A stretch of 64,000 bases of DNA from Paragordius varius (lineage: Eukaryota > Animalia > Nematomorpha). The notes under the pieces were generated by a model. The model saw nothing but the letters and a program-made list of their open reading frames with translations, was not told the DNA's origin and made no database searches. A program made the translations under genes and the position numbers. Positions 11,716-25,584 of the stretch are shown in pieces; the first letter of the stretch is position 1, and each line of letters opens with the position of its first letter. The stretch lies in contig OZ176059.1 of assembly GCA_964247055.1 (NCBI GenBank), positions 1,302,001-1,366,000 of the forward strand. Reading direction: 5' to 3'.

Positions 11716-14700
11716 ATGAAGATTGATCAACGAAACTTTTACGATAAAACTTACACCGCTCCTGGCCCTACGTATCACAATGAATCGGCTCATCTCACTA
11801 GTAATGGTACCGTGAATAAAAATCATTTTGAATCACCCCCTCTTAACACAAGTATGGATAGAGGGAATAAATTATCAACACTCAATAATGGTATCTCCAT
11901 TGAAAATGCATATTACCTTAAAAACACATTATCCAATGCACAAAATATGGAGGAATCATCGATTAGCCCAACAGCAAATGGCTATGTTCAACACGCTTCC
12001 CCTGCACAGCGTTCAATCAATAAACCTCTGCATCATCAAACATCAACCAACTATGAACATAAAACGAAGTCACCGATCGAATCTCCTGCCTCCAGCACAT
12101 TCCATACTTATCATAACTCCACAAAAGCTAAATACACCTATGATAAGTTAAATTGTGTAACTTCTTCCACCGAACCCTTTAACAAAACTATAACCGATAA
12201 TATACCAAAAATATTACCTCAAGATAGTGTTTCTTTGCCACATCACTCAATTTCATATAATGATACATATAATGTAAATGATTTTTATTCCCGTCAAAAT
12301 CATAATAATTACCATGAGGACAAAGTATTGCTGCTAGAGAATAATTGTGATCAAAAAATACCTCCACATTTTGATGCAGATGATAATCACGTAAAATATG
12401 GTAATGACGGCAGACGATTACCACCAACAAAGTACAAAAAAGATGGTGATTTTGGCCGAAACAACCGTACTCATAATACTTCATCCCTTCCGCTACCCAA
12501 CAATGGTTATTTCGATTCTCAAAAGGGTCGAATGAAATACAATAAATTACCCCAAGACCCCGGTTTATGTAATCTCTACCTATTTCATTTGTTGGGTATG
12601 TTAACATGTTTGTATGAAACGTTAGTACTGTGCTCCAAACACTTTATTTTCCGTACGTTTAAATTGTTGTGTTGCGTATTGTGCATAAAACATGCTTGCT
12701 TCATATCCGTTACGGGGTTATGCCTGGGTACGCTTGGTGGTATGATGTTTGGGATTTACTTTGACATGTGCTCCACCAAACTAAACAACTATGATTTCTT
12801 AGCCAACACATATCTTGGCACGGATACCATGGATGGTAGAACCGGTCTAGTTTATCGATCGTTGGGTTGGGAAGCCCTCAAATCTTTGGGTGATAGGATG
12901 GGTGTACCATTCAATCTTGTGGGAGCTGGAACTAACAACATGCCTTATGTGTACCACTCATTGCAAGACGATGTTAATTATCAGCCCCGTGTTATTTCAG
13001 GAGTCACCCAAAAATCGGATAAACCTGCGGGATCCATAAAAATTGTTCGGCCCTATTTTTTGGCCAGTGAACTTGGGATCAAGGCTAAAACTGCCTTAAT
13101 ATTGATTGCACACAATGAAAAAGATTACCTAAATACCACCACCGTGAATCATGGAAATAAAGGAAATCTAGACACTGATAAAAGTGAATCCCATTTAACT
13201 AATTTATTGCTCCAAATATCACAATTAGAGAAAAGTCTCAAATGGCAGTTTACAGCACTGAGTTCGGCCAAACCATTTTACTCAAACGATGATTTCAGAT
13301 CAGGCGAAGCTTTTATGAATATGGTGGATGGGACATTTATCTTTCACAATAGTGATGAAACGTTTGCTGACATTTTGGTATCACGAAAACTTAACGCAGC
13401 CAATAGCAATAATGCACCCGTTATTGGTAAAATTTTATGTTTTATACGTGCATCACATACGGAAATTGAAACAACTCTACGGTATTACTATCCCCATTTA
13501 TTACCACTCTTGATTCAGCCACCATCCTCCGAGATGGACATTGTTGGCGATGTTGGTAATGATGCCGATGATGACATGCATCGTCATGACAACCATAATA
13601 TGGCCCGTAAAAAACGGCAACTTATCCCCGCCGGTTTCAATAACCAAAATGGTGTGGTAGATGGTGATGATGACAGTAGTATGGCGGGCGATTCACGCCG
13701 AAAAAGCAGTTCTGAGCCCGAAGCGAATCGTATGATCCGAAAATTTGTACGCATTATTGCACTCGATGTTACAAATGATCGGGAATATGTTTCGGCCCTC
13801 ATAAACAGTTTTGTCGATAATTACGTGGCTGATTATGAGTCCGTTTTTATGATACGGACCCCGGGTACTTTTATACGCCTTTCGAAATTCATTGAACACG
13901 TTCAAAGTTTTAGCTATGGTCAAGATCTTTTTGTCGGTGTACCATATAATAATAACCCTGATATTGCCAACAAAATTAGCCTTACTCCCGACCCCAACAA
14001 TGGCGACAATGCTGTGGGAGGAGCGACGACGTGGGAAGGTAATAATTTGTATATTTATATTTTAATACAATCACCGACAAATCTGGTGAGCGGTTGATTA
14101 ACATCTCATATTATTTATTTTGCTGGTTAATAATAGAATGCTATGTTTTAAGCTTATAATTATTCATGATTAACTGAGCAGATGAAAGATTATGTTAATT
14201 TTAATACAAAATGAGACATTCCACCCCATTATATGTTAGAGTTTATATATTTAAAAATCACGACCTTCATTGTAACCTTTTTTAAAAGTTGCGTTGCTTA
14301 TATTCTTCATACTTACACAATCCCTTATTTCCAGCAACATTTTAATTTCGTAACCCAAGGCCATATCTTTAGCGTAAAAACACATTTTTAATTTTGAAAA
14401 GGGCAAAATATGTATTACGTTTGTTGTAATGCATTACACATAAATTTTTCAAAGTCGTTCTTCAAGATATTATATCATTTGTACATCAAGAGTGTCTTTT
14501 AAATTCAAGTTGATCCTTTAAAAACAAAAAAGTGTTTAGGGACCAACTTGAAGTGTTCAAAATGGTATGTAAACATTTAGGCAGTGGCATAGCGAGCTTT
14601 TGCATTTCTCATTGCAATAGTTTTGATAACGCCCCAACTCCTTGGTGCTATTTTTGGCACCCCTAATAGGGATATATATATATATATATATATATCCCTT

Positions 14701-17700
14701 TTACCTTTCTTACTATATTCATTCTTGCACGTCGCAAATTATTAATTGTCCTATAAAATTAGTTTTAATTACTGGTTTCGCATAATCTTTTCATTACCGG
14801 CTTAAACGTAGCCATTATAATCGCGACAATTGACTCATTCATAGTTAATATTGTTTTGGTTATGCTAGCTTATTTTATTAAACCGCAATAATTTACCTAG
14901 AAAACACATGTCTAAAATTTTATTATGTTCAGTAATCGATGTTGCACTTTACATGTTTAAATTATTTGTGCTTTGGAATATTCTACCTTTTTTCTTTTGG
15001 CATGGATATTGTTTTAATATTCCCTTGTTCGGCTTTTATTTACCTAAGTGAAAAAACTAATAATATTATTTGACTATAATCAGAAATTTGTAAACTCCTA
15101 TCTAAGGATTAAATAAATTTTTTTAATAATAAGACTTTTTCACCCAAACGCAAAATTTTTACCATGAGAATCCACGTTCAAAGCTTTTAATAGAATTTTA
15201 CCTTGATTTCAGGTATATTAACATTCTTTATATTAGTTTTCGGCTATTTTTTAAGAAATATACAACTATACTATTTTTGTCAAAAGAGCAACACCTTTCC
15301 AACCAAACGCAATATTCCTTTAAGCACACAAATAAAAAAAGTTTTGAGTTTATTTGAAAAAATGTGCTTTTGGTTGAAAAAGTGTTGCATGTTTGACTGA
15401 AAAATGGTATATTACTTTAATCTGAGTCTGATCGGATATAGATTATATGTATATGAATAATATTGTATTTTTTACAAAAAATTGGTTTACACTCGAATCA
15501 TATCAAAACTCTCATTAAAACATATTATTATAAAAACACATTCATTGTTTTTCTTTGTAGTTTTTTGACAAAAAGATTAATATTTTCTTGTACAAAAAAG
15601 GGATTTTACCATTTAATATTGCCTGACATATATGTGTATTTATATATATAATTTTTTGGAAAGAGTGAACAAATTTAATTTTTTTTTCATTTAATTAAAA
15701 TCATTTATATGGAGACTTATGAAAATGGACTTTAAATTTTAACTGGGTTTGGCATTACTATATAATTGAAACCGTATATTTGACAATTTTAAGGTATCTA
15801 TACTTCACGACTTATTACTTAAACCAGTGTAGTAATTTAATGGTTACATTTTCTCAGAATCAGTTCTAAATTCGCTATAGGCGAAATAAATCGGTTAGAA
15901 TTTCCAAATTCGCTATAGGCGAAATAAATCGGTTAGAATTTCCCAAAACCGTTTGAGAAAGAATTTCGGCATCTTTTCCATTTGTTAATATCTATCAAGA
16001 GAAGGGATTAATAAAAAAAAATTTTTTAATGCAATTTGTATGCGTTTTTTTCCTTTTTGCTCTTACTATTATAGATCATGCAAAAATCCGAATAAATTTT
16101 TTATAATATGCAAGTTTGTAAACCTGTGTTTTTTTATGATGTGTAACAGATTATTGTTCACTTGATGCCGGTTTCCTCCTTGGTCAACATGAACTTATAG
16201 CTGTACACAATAACCTTGAATCCTGCCTTGACGATATTAAAATGTTGGAAAAGATTGCACCTCAACAACAATTTCAACACCTACTTGGGACGTGTATATC
16301 ACAAATTTTACAGAAACGTTGTACTCAACACTTAAATGTATGTGTATATATATATTTATACCATTTTCAGTTCATATTCACCCTCGAACAATTCAAATTC
16401 ACCCTTGAACAATTCAAATTCACCCTCAAATAAAATATATATGTTTTTTAAGATTAAAAATTATCTATATTTTATATATTTTTTAAAAATAAAAATTTTG
16501 TTTTAAATTAAAATAATACTGAAAAAATAATAAATTATACCATAAACATATATTTTATATTAATAACGAGTTATATTAGTTCGAAACCACATAATTTATT
16601 TTTAGGGTGAATTTGAATTGTTTGAGGGTGAGTTTGAATTGTTCAAGGGTGAATTTGAACTGTAAATGGTATATATACAAAATTTATAAAGTATTCACTT
16701 TTATGCTAGCCTATTCACACATTATTATAGTTGGTCGATTTTGGTAATACGGAATGGTTGAAATTAAACAACTATTTCCCATCTCGTGCAACATTAAATA
16801 TCTTTATTTAATTGGGGACATAATTTATTTTTTATCACACGCTACTGTACTACCGAATGGCCAACAATAATGTGAATAAGCAAGCTCAAATGTGCATAAT
16901 GTATGTAATTAAACATCATAAACCAAATTAATGTTAAGTATGTGAGACAAAAAATGTTTAATTGATACTACCATTTGCTAATTATCATATATGTGTGTGT
17001 TTTATGTATTGTAGTTAAAAGCGATATAAATTATATGTACAGTCCAAGAGACTGTAAATATCATGTTGGGTTAGTAGTGATAAATAGGCATATTATGTAT
17101 TGTCCATGAATTTTTTAATTTGATGTGGGCAATTACAGTAGCGTATGTGACTTAAGAAAATTTGTCCATAATTATTACATAAAATTATTGTTGAAACATA
17201 GGGAAAAAGTTATTTAATTTCAATCATTTGTGTTTGTAGCCAAACGCTTCGGTTGCTTAAGCCATACCCATATGAACGTCTATAGATACTATACCGTGTA
17301 TTTGGATTTTTTTTTAGCTAATTTTTAATATGCATCTAAAATTTAAATTATAAAGACAAAACTTAACTAAAAGACTAATGTTTTCAAATAGAGAAAACAA
17401 TATATTTCAGTTCTTGATTTTATTTATATTATTTAAAAATGATTCGTGAATAATATAAATTTGATTGTGTTACTAATGTACATCTTTATTACTTATTACG
17501 TAACACCAAACGATAAGTTAGATTAAAAAATATGTTTGAAATAATGATGTAAAAATGTATTAGTTTTTACAAATCGGCAATATTTTTAAAAAATTTTTAA
17601 CAATATTAACTTTTATACCCTACATACATACATACATAGGGAATTTTATATCAAACCATGCCATATACCATGGAATTGCAAGATACGCTCGATAAATTTT

Positions 17701-20700
17701 TGTTTCAAGATTCAAATGTTACATCTTCCAATTATACATCCAATGCAACAAACGATAATTTTGGCTTATTGGCTCAATTGAATCAATCATTAACCATTTA
17801 TGGTTTGGAGAAATTATTAAACGACAATATACAAAATGTCTCATATTTACCCAATAACAGCAACGGGAATAATGAAGTTAATATATATTTATACTTATAT
17901 ATACCATTTACACTACCCTAAATATATAATGTGTTTTTTAAAATTAAAAATTACCTATTTTTGTTAAAAAATAAAAAAATCTTGAAAAAATAATAAATAT
18001 GCCATAAAGATATATTTTATATTAATAATGAGTTATATTAGCCCAAAATATAATTTATTTTTAGGGTGAATTTAAATTGTACAAAGGTTAATTTGAATTG
18101 AAATGGTATATATAGTACGTGTAAGCATCAACATCGCTAATTTTTCCATTCATTATTGCCAGATAGCATATTAAGCAAGGGCAATTTAATTGGTCTACAG
18201 TTATTTTTTAACTTTTCATTGCTAGCCATATTTCCCTTTGCTTTATATGCTATCTGGCACTAATGAATGAAAAACTAGCAATGTATGTATATACTCATAC
18301 TGTATATACACATATACATTTTTACATGATAACAGTAATCTAATTTCTATATTATTTTTTAGGCGGCATAACTCTTTATAATTAATTACCCTTGTGTAAA
18401 AACTATGTTGTAGCATCAATACTCCTATTTTACAAAATTAATTTCTGTGTATTTTCATTTAAAAAAATGGATTCTATATTCCTCTTTCTTGCTCATCAAT
18501 CCTAAAATATTTGTATACACTATAACCATTTTTTAATGTAATTTTTTAATTATAAAAAACCTTACTTATATTTACATTTTTATGAATACTATTGTGTTTT
18601 TTTAGGTTTCAACTACCCAAGAAGAGTATGCACTAAATCATGCTTATACATCCCTGCAACACTATTTTACCCTAGTGGATTTGGATGAGATTGAAATGAA
18701 TATGAATGCTTTGACGACCGAATTGGACAATATAGCGCCCCAAGTTATGACCGATAATAAAGGTTAAAATTTACTAACTTAAACAATAATCATACCTTAT
18801 TACCCAAAATATTTCTTTAGAGGTGTGTATAAATATTGATATCTATTTAAAGTTTGTGCGAAAAAATACATGAGTCACATTATCTTTATCGTGACCCTTG
18901 TTAATTTTCTTTGATTAATCAATCATAATTATAGAAAAAGGACCCTATTCAAAAAGCGAAAAAAATGCATGATGATTAGCATGCTCCAATTATAATTTAT
19001 AGTTAGAGTAGGCAATGTTCAATTAAATGAACTCATAATGAGGGATGGGGGGGGGTCATTTCAAGAGTCTAGTTTTTAATTTGCTCATGCTTGTGAGAAG
19101 GGTACAAACAGTATATTTCAAAGATAAATGTTAAAAGGTGTACATACGGTTTTTCACATACAACTAATATAGATGGACTTTTTTGAAAAACAAAACAGTT
19201 GCGACATTGTCATTTTTAATTTCATATTATCTTATTAGATGTTTTCTTTGCGTACGGTGTTAAGGCCCGTAGCAAACCTCGCAATCATTTTGATATTATG
19301 AATTGGATGTACTTTAATTTAAGCCACGTTTTCTTACCAACCGAAGTTACCTCGATTGCAGAGCTTACAGCCAACGAAAAGTTGGATGTAACTCAAGTGG
19401 TTGAATATGGCATTCAACAATTTACACAAAAGTATCCAAGGTATGTCTTTAAAATTGTTATCGCCGTTATAATGACAATTTTAGGGTGTCTATGCATTTA
19501 AATTAAATATTTTGTCCTTTTTAATGGAGTTTCATGGACTTAAGATAAACCTTTTCTCAGCTTAAAAGTACATCACCTTAAAATATTTTGGAGATAAATA
19601 TATTTTTAAATGCTTGAGCGAAATTGGCATTTAATATTCAATTAGCTTAGCTCATTCAATCATAATAATTATATCATATGATTACGTATAATTAAATTAA
19701 ATCAAATCTTCTTATGTAATTTTATCCAGTTTATCATTTTTACGGCTCGTTAATGGTTACAAATTGGTTGACACGTCCCGCGGTTCCGAATACATTTTAG
19801 ATTTTGATTTCCTTCATGTATCAGCAGCAGGACCGCCATCACCCACGCTCTCAGCTCATGATGGAGGGCATTATTTATCCCCTGCTGCTGCCGCCGCTCT
19901 AAACTCGTTTGACAATAGAAAAAATGTAAGCAGTCTTATTGATAATTATCTCGGACTTGCCGCGTCTTCCTTGACGACGACGCCGATTACGGCCCAATCA
20001 CCCATGGTAAGTATAGTGTCTAAAAGGTGTCACATCCTTAAACCGTTGGGTCAACCCATAGTCACGTACCTTAATGCGGAAACCGCTATAAATTATGTAA
20101 AACCGCCAGTGAGCTACACTAAATTAGCGGCACCCGGTCCAAACCGTAAACGTCGCGACACAAAGGAGCTTGCTGCTGGCGGTGGTGACAAAGATTTACC
20201 CGACAATAGTAGGGATGCCAAGGCACCACCTAACACTATATCGCCACCAACAACATCAGTTACGAATGGTAATGTTTCATTACAAAACAATAGCAGTAAT
20301 CGTAATACGACGATAAATGTAACAAACAGTAACAACAAAATACAAAAACCTGAGGCTAAAGTTCCTATCGTGAATGAAAACGACCTTGAAAATGACAATG
20401 ATGATAATCAGGATGAAAATCAGGATGAGGATGACGCGGATATGTTAACTGCTACCATGATTAACCGAACACCCATCGTTATTCGTTACATTGTTACACC
20501 CGTGATGGCACGTGACTGTCCAGGGGCTGCTTTAGCTGCCCTACGGGCTTACACCTCGGACGATACTGCACATGCGCACACCACCATCCATAACATTGAT
20601 AATGTACGTCTCTTGCTTGTTATGGTCGTTGTGAATCCCTTGCTCAGCTCATCACTATCAGCTGCATCAGCTGTTTTGAAACAATGGGGTCAGACCGTAC

Positions 20701-23700
20701 CCCACATGCCTTCTCTAACGGACCAGCAGCTGTCTTCGCTGGCTAAAACCTACGTCAACATCCAATCCCAACGCCATGAAGTGGTACGGAACGAAGCGAT
20801 CGCCTTGAAAAAATCTGGGGCTGTTCCCAACTTAGGTTGGTTTACCCTTACACTCCCGGCTACGCTTAACCCTAATGTCATTTCTGCCACCACAGATGGC
20901 AATAATATGAGTCGAACTCTGCCTAAATGGATGCAGGAAATTTTGGCCCTAAATGTGTCCACCCTTTCAGATACTGCGACAGCGACCACAACACTAAACA
21001 CAAAGTTGAGTCAACAGGCACAAGATCGATTACTTGACCTGTTTGTCTACAATGGGAGTATATCGATTAAATTGATGGATTTGTTTGCCGCAAAGATTGT
21101 TAAGAAATTTGGTGATGACAGGTATATTATTTATCTAAAAAAATATAAAAATGTAAATTGTTCGCCTAACTCAAATGTTTTTCTCAAGTGGGGAATTTTT
21201 TTGCAATTTTAAACTATTGAGATAAAAAAGTGTTCATTACCTGAAATTGTTATTTAAGCCAATTTTTTTATTTTTTTCACCTATCCAATTTTACTAGGAG
21301 ATAAAAATTTTAGTTGTAGATTAAATTAATTAATGTGTATACAAAAATAAACATAAATATATATATATATATATATATTTTAATTATTTTCCCATTTTTT
21401 TTATCTGTTTAGATATCCTAATAAACAACCTTCCTCAACATTAAACACAAATGGTGGGGGTGAGGACGATCCCGAAACCACCAAAACATATGATGTCAAC
21501 CTAGTAACATATGTTTCCGTGAATGCTCGAATAATTGCGGACCCATACTTTGCCTTAGCCAGGCTCAATGCACGACGGGGTAGACAAGTCTGTTTCCCTA
21601 TACCATATCAAAGGTATGGATGTTGGTTTTTTTGTCCTTTTGTATATTTATTAACACAATTATGAGATATTTCATATAAAACAAGAAAATTAATCATAAT
21701 TTAAAATGTTTCGAAATATCTCAAAATTACAACATTATATAACACCAAAAGTTTATGCATTCAAAAAGAATTATAGATAAGAGATGGGCCATGAATTATA
21801 ACTAATGGGTATTTAATAAAATTATAAAAAAACCTAAAAATTAAAAGACATCCATAAATTTTACAACCTATATTTTTATCCAACCTAAATGATTACAGTT
21901 GTGAAAAATTCGTTATGCTTTTCGCAATTTAAAACGATAGGTGATTGAGATTTACAAATATGGTTGGCTGCTTTATATAAAAAAATTAGTCTTTTATCTA
22001 GCTATTCGTCTATATATGTCTTTCGTTTTTAGATATGATCCATCTGTTGCTAAACCAACGTATGAAGGACATGATACGACGTATCGTTATCAAATACACG
22101 AACTTAAAACTAGCTTAGGTCATTATGATACCGCTAATTGGGGTGTTTCCCTTTTTTATCTTTCCGACTATTTAGATGCCAGAGAAGCCATCTATAGCTA
22201 TTACAGTACAGCTGATCCGAATACAGCAATTTTCGATGATTTCGGTTTAGGTATGTTGTTTTTTTCAAATACTAACCGTTTTCACACAGCAATAGTATGG
22301 GTAAAATATATATTGCTATTTGTCGTTTTTCAGTTCTCATTATGTATTATCGCTACCTGTAGATTGTTTGTTACATGCATAGTAAAGAGAAATGTTATTG
22401 GCCATAGAATGGTTGTTTAATTTACTAAAAAAAATGTTTTTATACGTCTCTCTCCTTGCTCTTAATCAATAATATATAGAGGTGTAGGTAGCTCTTTACT
22501 ATTAACATTAGCAATGTAATTTTAGTTATATTCTGTTGTATATAACAAAGAAAAAATGTGGTATGGTAATATACTATACCATTATAATGGTAAATGACGG
22601 ATTGATTATGTTTTGTAATAACAGTTGTTGTAAAATCCGTATTATAATATAATAATCGAAATTTAAATAGAAAATTAATTGAAAGGTAATTAATTATAAA
22701 GAGAAATATTACAATATACCATGCCATTCATTATATTCCTTTTTTTCTCTTCTTTCTTTCATAAACACACAGCGCCCTTAAAAGTACCCTGGATGAATGT
22801 TGATGAAAATAATAATACCATCACCGCCTCAAAAATAAATGTAGATTCTATTAACACGCAAGAAGAACCAAGTGTTGAATGGGACATTGCTGAACTCTTT
22901 ATACATTATGCCAATCTTGTTGAACGCCAGTCCTTAGCTAACGATTATAAACTTAATAATGAGATGGCGGATCCTTCACAAATCCATTTAGCACCGGAAA
23001 CTATGGTATTTTTAGCAATATATCAAAAAATCACCCTTGAACAATTTAAATATGTGTTTTCGGGCAACTATAATAACTCAAAATTAATTTTAAATATATT
23101 TTTACGACATACTTTAATATTGTATTTTCAGCATTATATTAAATTTAAACAGAATTATATATTTTAAAAATATTATAAAATAAAGAGGTAATATTTATCC
23201 TTAAAAGATACATAACTTATTTAGGGTGAATTTAAACTGTAAATGGTATAATATGTATATGTGTGTGTGTGTGTCTGCGTTTAAAATATGAAATAACGTT
23301 TTAAATTAGGGATATCTAACACGCGATTCTTTGAAATATGGGTGTGCGACACGGAAATTTTTAAAAATTGCAAAAATATGCCACACAAAATCCTAGCACA
23401 ATTGATATTTCTTTACCAATTTCTTAGTATCTCTATAATTCTTAAAAATAATTGTAAAATTGTATTTGCATTGTACAATCTTTTATATGTGAAATCTAAT
23501 AGAATATTTATTAGTGGTCATTTTTTCAAATACATCCGTTTGATTTTTTGAGTCGAAAATGCGGCCCCTTAAGCCATTTGTATTGAACACCCCTGTTTTA
23601 AATGATATAAATGTTCTTGAAATATTTTATATTGATATATAAAAGGCAATATTGGACATCTATAGTTTTGATAAATTCTATGTGATATATGTATTTTTAA

Positions 23701-24318
23701 TCATTTTAATCTATTATTTATTTTTAACCAAAATTTAAAGATAATATGAGGTGTTAAATGCCGTAGAAACATTTTTTATAGCCAGGATTATGGAAGATTT
23801 TACCAAATGACAATAAAATTTACGATTATAAAGACAAACTCAAATAATTATTAAAAAAGGCGAATTGGTTTAAAAAGCGGGCCATACATTTTTAAATCCA
23901 TTTCATTTACTATTTTTTTCCTGTGAATCAATTTTTACTGTGTAGTTTTATATATACTCTATCAAATTTTTTTGTATTTATATATGTGTAGAACATAATG
24001 TCACAAGCCAGGCCATTCGAAATTTTTCGTTATGTTGATCCCAACATTATACTGGAGTTTGATGCTTGGCAACTTATGAATTGTCCTACACTCCCTTATT
24101 ATTATTTAAATTCGTCTACTTATGAAAATGGTACAGACGACACGCCTGTAATAAGTTATCCATTTGCCATGACTTATTCGCAATGTCTTAATCGGGCTTA
24201 CAATAATGTGGGCACAAATGTACACATGGCCTTTAAAATATTTGAAAGTCGATTAGATATAAATATGAGCCAATACGAAACTATAGTACGTAAGGATAGA
24301 CATCGACGATATGGATGA
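11716..24318 (+). CDS. CHPF: Chondroitin polymerizing factor (CHPF/CHPF2/mig-22)-like type II membrane protein, ~1825 aa, 10 coding exons
   Basis: Exons 11716-14038, 16150-16337, 17640-17876, 18606-18762, 19239-19440, 19730-21121, 21413-21613, 22033-22250, 22773-23005, 23992-24318. All GT-AG with consistent phases; total 5478 nt. Colinear with recalled CHPF motifs: IVRPYFLASELGI, GQDLFVG, YCSLDAGFLL, RLVNGYKLVDTSRGSEYILD, HILKPL, KLMDL, QVCFPIPYQRYDPS, FYLSDYLDAR, FEIFRYVDP. Hydrophobic TM segment around aa 290-350. Confidence 0.88.
14473..14568. mobile_element. Internally deleted mini copy of MITE family B
   Basis: tatcatttgtacatcaagagtgtctttt...gggaccaacttgaagtgttcaaaatggta matches both ends of the 55831-56443 element. 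Confidence 0.5.
15868..15943. repeat. Exact tandem duplication of a 38-bp unit
   Basis: aaattcgctataggcgaaataaatcggttagaatttcc occurs twice head-to-tail in CHPF intron 1. Confidence 0.9.
16359..16671. mobile_element. MITE family A (TACCATTT ends, subterminal 20-mer repeats), copy 1
   Basis: TIR TACCATTT(A)CA(A/G)TTCAAATTCACCC / GGGTGAATTTGAACTGTAAATGGTA, with tandem CCCTTGAACAATTCAAATTCA units. TA/TATA flanks. Confidence 0.85.
17902..18108. mobile_element. MITE family A, copy 2 (left subterminal deletion)
   Basis: Same TIRs and interior (gccataaa..atatattttatattaataatgagttatattag) as copy 1. Confidence 0.8.
18113..18302. mobile_element. Tc1/mariner-like hairpin MITE, family D
   Basis: Right end actcatactg|TA. 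Internal ~50-bp arms (18136-18185 / 18230-18279) are ~90% complementary. Homologous copy with cagtatgagt...actcatactg ends at 52821-52987. Confidence 0.65.
23021..23248. mobile_element. MITE family A, copy 3 (reverse orientation, degenerate left end)
   Basis: tcacccttgaacaatttaaat...ttagggtgaatttaaactgtaaatggta. Confidence 0.75.
23307..23595. mobile_element. hAT (Buster-type) MITE with intact 8-bp TSD
   Basis: Ends tagggatatctaacac / gtattgaacacccctg, flanked on both sides by TTTTAAAT (23299-23306 and 23596-23603). This fits the 8-bp NNNTANNN target of Buster elements. Confidence 0.8.
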
Positions 24319-25584
24319 AAAGATAACGTATATATGAGGTTTTAAAGGGTTGTTTTACACTTTTTTTAACGCACAAACTTGTATAATAACTAAAAGCCCG
24401 GTTATATATATAAACAATGTCATAAACCGTGTGCATATTTAATTTATAGCGATTTAAAGAACACTTTTAAATTTTAAACCCACTCTTTATATTCTTTAAA
24501 TTAATATTTATATATATTTATACATTTCGAAACCGGTCCCTACAGTTTATTTCTCTTTTGTGATGTGTTTAGGCATTACATTTGATATATAATACCCACT
24601 CTACTAAATATTTCATTCATATCTATAACTATATTAGTCAATTTTTCATATGTTAAGACAACGATGACATTCAATATGTAAATGCAATTTATACCAAAAT
24701 ATATCTATTAATTGTAGTTTCTTTTAAATATATCTAATTATATTTATTCACATTTATTTAAAAGGATGAGAGAGAGATATGTATCATAGTAATTTAATAA
24801 GCATTAAACATTCCCCCCTCCCCACATTGAATTTATATTTTTGATATATATTTTTTCAATTTAATTTTTTATTTAATAAAAAAAGTTTTATTTAATGGTG
24901 CTTAAAATGATTACAAATAGAAACTTTTGTATGATTCCAAAAATTAATATTGAATTAACAAAAACAAATTTATTATGTGGCCGTTGTTATTGGTAAGTTT
25001 CAATACATACATTTCAGGGGTTAGTTAATATGCATTATTTTATACAATACAAATTCAATCAACATGATTTTTTTTCATTGTACCGGTACAAACATATTGT
25101 TATATCTATGATGTTAAAATAATTATAAATATTATTACCCAATGTTTTATATAAATAAAATTTATAATTTTTATCATGTGATAACGTTAATTTTTAATTG
25201 AACGTTTTTTTTCCTGCTATGATCAATCAACACCAAAAATACATGATAATATGGCCAAAAATTAAATTATACTACTTTTTTGAGATGATATGATATTATG
25301 TGTTAAATCAATATTGCATTTTTATGTATGGTTCGTTGATATTTCCTTTTCTTTTAACATAGTTTCAATCTTTTGATTGGATTATTTTCACTTTGCTTTA
25401 GTTTTGAATTTATTATGTTTATTGTTTCCTGTTAAATAAATTTCTAAAATATTTGTTTGACAGTGGGATTTGTTGAAAGGTTGAAATTATTTATTATGTG
25501 TTGTGAATATACTGTCGTGATGTTATATTGGCTTAAAGCCGGGTGTGCCCTCCGAAATATTATGTGCGTTCCGTGTTCATTTAA

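Noticed and set aside
11828-13923. Alternative-frame and antisense ORFs inside CHPF exon 1 (also 20114-21001)
   Set aside because: Shadows of the real CDS with no homology cues.
18136-18279. Hairpin as a bona fide miRNA gene
   Set aside because: It lies within TA|CAGTATGAGT-type ends and has a homolog at 52821, so a MITE origin explains it. Not called as ncRNA without small-RNA data.
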